Source: Emiliania huxleyi CCMP1516 (Eukaryota). Taken from it: a stretch of DNA of 64,000 bases. The stretch lies in the NCBI RefSeq assembly GCF_000372725.1, contig NW_005202428.1:2655791-2719790 (forward strand). Reading direction: 5' to 3'. Below are positions 59,115 through 64,000 of the stretch, piece after piece (the first letter of the stretch is position 1; every line of letters starts with the position of its first letter). Below the pieces are notes generated by a model. It searched no databases. It had not been told where the DNA came from and was given only the letters and a program-made list of their open reading frames with translations. Made by a program: the position numbers and the translations under genes.

Positions 59115-61168
59115 CTAGGAGGATGCGTGGCTCTGAGACCGCTGCTCCGCGGCGACCGCTCTGCCCAGGCAGGGCTCGAGACCGTGCGCCAGGGACCACG
59201 CCGGCGTGAGGCTCGGCATCGGCACCGCCTCCGGCTGCGCTGTCCGGGGCAGCCGCAGGGCGAGCGAGCGGCGGGCGAGCCGGGCGAGGGCGGCGTGGCA
59301 CTCTCGCCTCGCGTGTCCTCCTCGCAGCGCCAGCCGCGCCGCGCACGCCGGCAGCCCGCGCGCCGAGACGGAGCCGCCCCGAGGCTCGCACTCGAAGGAG
59401 AGGTGCGCCCCGAGGTGCGCCCTGTCGCCGCCGCAGGCGCGGGCGGTCGCGTTCGCAGCGGCGGCCTCGGCGGCGGCCTGTATCCGGGAGCACTCGTCGC
59501 AAGAGCCTGGCGGGACGGCTTGGTCGTCGAACTTCGCCGTGTAGACGCACGGGGCGATGCCCGCAGCAGCATCAACAGCAGGGGAGGAGGAGGCGGAGCG
59601 GTTTGGGGCCGCCTCCGCCGCTGCGGCGATGGCACGCGCTAGCTCCGTCGAGCGGACGAGGACGTGCACTCCGGGGAAGGCGCCCGAGTACCAGGAGTGA
59701 GACCGGCCCTGGCGGGAGACCTTGAGCCAGAGCCCGCGCGGCGAGACGACCACCTCTGACGCGTGCGCGGCCAGGCGGAGGAGGTGGTCGGTCGCCTCGA
59801 GGCGGCGGAACGCCTCCCGCCGCTTCGTGCCGAGCAGGTGGAGCACCAGCAGGGGCCGGCCCTTCCCTCCCTCCGACCCGCCCCCGCCCCCGCCGCCGCC
59901 CTCCAGCCCGCCGTCCGGCGGCCGGCCGGCGTAGAGGGCGCCGTCGCGCCACGTGTAGACGAGCCGCGAGTCGTACTGCCGCATCCACCACCCCTCCTCG
60001 GACGGGCCAGACCCGGAGGGCCGCTGCGCCGAGCCGCCGCCTCCGAGGCCCCGCCGGTCGTAGACGTAGTCATCAGCGAGCCACCAGCGCGTCTCCGGAG
60101 GCTGAGGCGCGTAGGAGCGGACACGGCCTTCTCTTGCCGCGCGCGCGACGACGGTCGGCATCGGCTCGCGCAGCTTGCCCCACCACTCGTCGAAGACCTC
60201 GTACGTGCCGCTCCTCGCCACGCGGCGCAGGTCGGCGCTCTCGTGGGCCAAGTTGTTGACGGGCTTCGAGTTGCGGTAGAGCATGAAAGGGCCGGCGTTG
60301 AGCATCGGAGGCGGCAGCGGGGAGAAGATGTCGTGGGCTGCCAAGGTCGCGCTGTCGAAGAAGGAGCGCACGTCCCCGAGCAGCTGGTCCTCCTAATGAA
60401 TTAATCAGCACCTTTTCAAGTATCTGCTCTCCCCGAGCAGCTCGTCCTCCTGCACGCCACGGGCTGTGAGAGGCGCGCCGCCCAGCTCATCACTCGAGCC
60501 GCCGCCAGCTCTACATCTCGTCTGCATCTCCTATCTCGGCCACATCTCGAGAGAGCGCCTGCATGTAGCCCCAGAAGGCGCACCTCCGGAGCAGGTCTGG
60601 GTAGAGGGCGCCGAGCAGCGGCTTGAAGTCGGAGATCTTCGAGCTCGAACCTAGTGCGAAGAGCGCCTCCACTGCCAGCGACTGCTAGCGACAGGTGGCC
60701 GGTGTGCTGTGCTGTGCTGTGCTGTGCTATGCTGTGGTGTCCTGCGGTATGGCATGTGCGTGTGTTGGTGTGTTGGCCGAGGTGCTGCACCGTCGAGCTT
60801 GAGCGAGGGCGGCGCGGCGCCGAGCAGCGCGCGCACGCGCAAGAGGACGTCGGCGACGGAGGCGCGGTGAAAGGCGCAGTTTTCCGGCCAGCGCGCCAGC
60901 AGCGGCCGCTTGTCGCCGAGCAACAGGAAGCGGACGGTCGGGTTGAGCTGGAGCTGCGGGCGGCGGAGAGGGCGTGTCGTGGAGATGGCGTGGAGGTGGC
61001 GTGTACTGACGATGCGTGGGCGTGGCTCTGCGAGGGTAGTCGAGGGTGGCAGCAGGCAGAGGCAGTTGGCGGTGAGTCCACCGTCCGCATCGTGACTGAG
61101 ATCCACGGAGGCCAGCCGCCCCAGCGCATCATCACGAAGCAGAGCGAGTCCGCTCCGTAATCGAGCAT
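59115..61168 (-). CDS. DUF6625-like putative glycosyltransferase, multi-exon
   Basis: WGGWPPWI, LNPTVRFLLLGD, FKISDFKPLLGALYPDLL..CAFWGYMQED.LLGDV, NAGPFMLYRN and FDEW. Confidence 0.6.
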
Positions 61169-61849
61169 CTCCAAACGTATGACGGGTTGCGGCTGCAGCG
61201 GCAAGCCGCGACTTAGCGGTGGGTTGGCGCGCTTGGGTTTTCTTTCTTTCTTCATTGGTGAGCCTGTGTGTGTGCCAGTCCGCGCCAGTCTGCGCCCTTG
61301 TCGTGCCAGTGTGCTGTGAGAGAGGCTTGTATCTTAAGAATTCTTTCTTCAGAAGGTTCCGCGCAACGAAAGACCACGGACGGGTCAGGCCCCGATCGTT
61401 GTGGGTCCGTGGGCGTCGTGGTCGTGGCAGCATCGCTGCTGCCGCTGTTTTCTCTTCCCTCTTTTTGCCGGCCACACCACCCTCTGACTCACTGGCAGCC
61501 ATGTGGATCCCATGTAAGATGTAACTGGATGGATGGAAACTGCTCTCACTGACACTGTCATTTTGGCCAGCGACTGCCGACTGGACAGACACAGCATATC
61601 CGCGGGCCACTCCCTTTTCGCTTTTGCTGTCACTCATGAAATCGTTCGTTGCGGTCGCTTTTTAGTTCACGAAGTGTTTGGAGATGAGAGGGTGAGAGAG
61701 GCGCCGTGCTGCTGCTGTGCTGCTGCTGCTGCTCCGGCCGAAGGCTTACTTACCGGCTGCGCTCTGCCGACCCCACTGCAGATCTTCTTTCTGTCTGCTT
61801 CATATGGTCCTCGGCGGCTGGCTAGGCGGCTGTCACAGAGGGACACATT

Positions 61850-62345
61850 CCGAGTCCTGACCTCTAGGTCCTGACGCTCGCTGCGATATCGCCCATCGTC
61901 CGTGCCCTCCAGAGCTCCACGACAAGCGCAGACGTCTTGCGAGCGCGCGGTGCAGCGCTCGGATCGAGACCGTCGACGCCGAAGCGAACGACGGGTTCCG
62001 GAGACCGGAAGGCCCCCCTTTCGCCTCTGAAAGAGCCAGTCGATCCGACCCACAGGCACAGCGCGGAGTCGTGCAGGAAGCGACGTGTGGCTGTCTGCTC
62101 AGCCGGGCTCGCTGGCCTGCGTGCATGCAATCGAGCGCGAGTGGCTCCTCGCGGCGCCATGCATCGAGGGGCTGCATTGTGGGCGACCGAGCCGTATCGA
62201 TGGGGCCGTCGGCTTGCCATGCCCTCCATCGCCCCAGCTCCAGACACTGCCGTCAGCGGTGAGGGCGAGGCTGTGGTCAGCGCCAGAGAGCCGTAAAAGA
62301 GGCTGGCGTGCCCACTGCTCACCGTTTGGGGCGCCGCAGTGAGTC
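61850..62345 (-). pseudogene. Decayed RCC1-repeat fragment abutting a TIR element
   Basis: SGADHSLALTADGSVWSWGDGGHGK followed by frameshifted remnants. Confidence 0.5.
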
Positions 62346-62346
62346 A

Positions 62347-63347
62347 CTGGAGCGGCCGCACACTGCTCGGTACCCCCCCTGCACCTCTGCTGCTGGGGGG
62401 GTCGGGACCCGGTGGCGAGCAGAGCTTGAGCGGCAAAACATCGAGAAAAACACTGATCTGACGATTGTCACAGAACGTACAGCCGCAGCTCTTCAAGCCT
62501 GCTTCCACCCCCCCCCCCCCCCCAGCAGCAGCGCTCTGCTGCTGGGGGGGTCAGAACCCCCCCCTAACAGCAAAACTCTGCCTGTGGGGGGGGCTGGCAT
62601 CTCTGTACAGACAGCAGCTGTAAGTAGCATGCGTTCCAAGTGGCGAGAATTTATGGTCGGCACCAAAATCAGTGGTCTCACCGGCGGGCCCTCCTACTGC
62701 CAGCCGGGCGGTGCGGGGCACGCCAGCCTCTCTTCTACGCCTCTCGTGCCTCGCGGCGCCTCTGCTTCAAGGAGGGAAGATACGGCTCTCGCAGCTGTGG
62801 CGTGGCACAGCGGAGAGCACAGCGGGCGGTACAAGTCCATCTCAGACATGGTTCCCTATCTTCGCATGCTCGTTGTTGGTGATATCCGCGCGAGGTCATA
62901 CGCCACAGGCCAGCAATCACTCGGCGATGAGACTACTGATTTGGCGCGACGCTCTGACACCGAGTGTTGCTCGACGCTGCGACACCGTCGAGTACCGCGT
63001 GCAGCGCTCAACCTCGCGGAGTACACCTCTCGCTATCATCCCGCTTCGCGGCGGTCGGGCTGCTTGATTTGTCGGAAGACACCCACATCTCTGCTGCTGG
63101 AGGAGAGCTTCCGATAATCATAGTGGGTTCGCGATGGACCAGCCAGGGGGGCGGCGGCGGCGAAGAGGCGGGAGCTGAAACCAGTGCGCTCTGCTGCTGG
63201 GGGGCTCGGGACCCCCCCCCCAGCAGCAGAGCTCTGCTGCTAGGGGGGGTCCGCTCTGCTGCTGGGGGGGGTCAGACCCCCCCCCTAGCAGCAGGGACGG
63301 GCTTAGAAGTGCAGGGGGGGGTACCGAGCAATGTGCGGCCGCTCCTG
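62347..63347. mobile_element. ~1 kb non-autonomous element with ~40 bp TIRs and palindromic subterminal repeats
   Basis: GGAGCGGCCGCACACTGCTCGGTACCCCCCCTGCAC at 62349 is inverted at 63309-63345; CCCCCAGCAGCAG(A/C)GCTCTGCTGCT(G/A)GGGG hairpins at ~62518 and ~63216. Confidence 0.8.
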
Positions 63348-63531
63348 TTTTGGGTGCCGGAACATACAGTCACCGTCCGTAAACTCTCGCCCAACTGGAC
63401 ACGCACTCTCGCGCACGCGAAGCTTCCCTGTATGTAGATGTACAGTAGACCAGCCTCACATCGAGTCCATTCGCCCTGCGCCAGCCCTCCACAGTCCCGC
63501 TTGTGCGATCACGCGACGGCCTCGCACGAGC

Positions 63532-63952
63532 TCAGGCGATCGAGGAGGCCTCCTCGACGTTGCTGTTGCCGTCGTTCTCGGTGACGGCGGCTGGCGACTT
63601 CGCCGGCGATTTGGAGGCCTTGGCTGGCTGCGGCGCGGCCTCGGAGGAGCGCTTCTCGCCCACGACAGCCTCCGGGTTCTTCGCCGCTTCTTCCATTGCG
63701 GGCGTTTCCGGCGACACGGGCGAGGCCCCCTCCACCGCCACTGGAGCCGCCTCGGTCGCCTGCTCGGACGACGCCTTGGCGTCGCCCTTCATCTTGTTGG
63801 CTGGCGAGGCCGTGTCCATCTCCTCCTTCTCCTCCGCCGGCGTCACGGGCTTGCAGTTGGGCGAATCGAGAGCGATCTCGACCATATTGCGTGCAAGGGC
63901 CGCAGAGGGCGTCGGCGGCTCGTCAGCGGTGGTGGCGGCGGTGTTCGACACC
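63532..63952 (-). CDS. Last exon of a low-complexity Ala/Glu/Pro/Ser-rich protein extending beyond the window
   Basis: ORF 63532-63963 with a CAG acceptor at ~63953. Confidence 0.45.
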
Positions 63953-64000
63953 TGCGCAAGCACTCGAGCGGCGGGGTGGCGTCGGGTTATTGTGTGGGGG

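Overview
Eukaryotic, very GC-rich, intron-rich genomic DNA with one 100-N assembly gap (44998-45097). GC-AG introns, 10-11 bp intronic tandem repeats and the gene content suggest a haptophyte alga such as Emiliania/Gephyrocapsa huxleyi (inference). About 15 multi-exon genes are recognisable: NIPBL/Scc2 with a PHD finger, a chorein-N (VPS13-like) protein, an ankyrin plus 2OG-Fe(II) oxygenase, an NDK-domain protein, metaxin, a sterol desaturase-family protein, a GH79 heparanase-like protein, an HMA protein, a cysteine synthase-family protein and a DUF6625-like protein. Intergenic DNA is packed with non-autonomous TIR elements, a decayed restriction-like-endonuclease non-LTR retrotransposon and satellites. 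The most notable observations are: (1) an intact, spliced FHA-domain protein fused to a phage-type amino (N6A/N4C) DNA methyltransferase; (2) a 3.5 kb hAT-like element carrying non-transposase, intron-containing cargo; (3) a foldback element whose target-site duplication is supported by an empty homologous site in the same window; (4) predicted GA-AG introns and splice-site-spanning duplications; (5) a recurring upstream motif in front of unrelated genes. All domain calls come from motif recognition by eye; exon boundaries are approximate unless stated.
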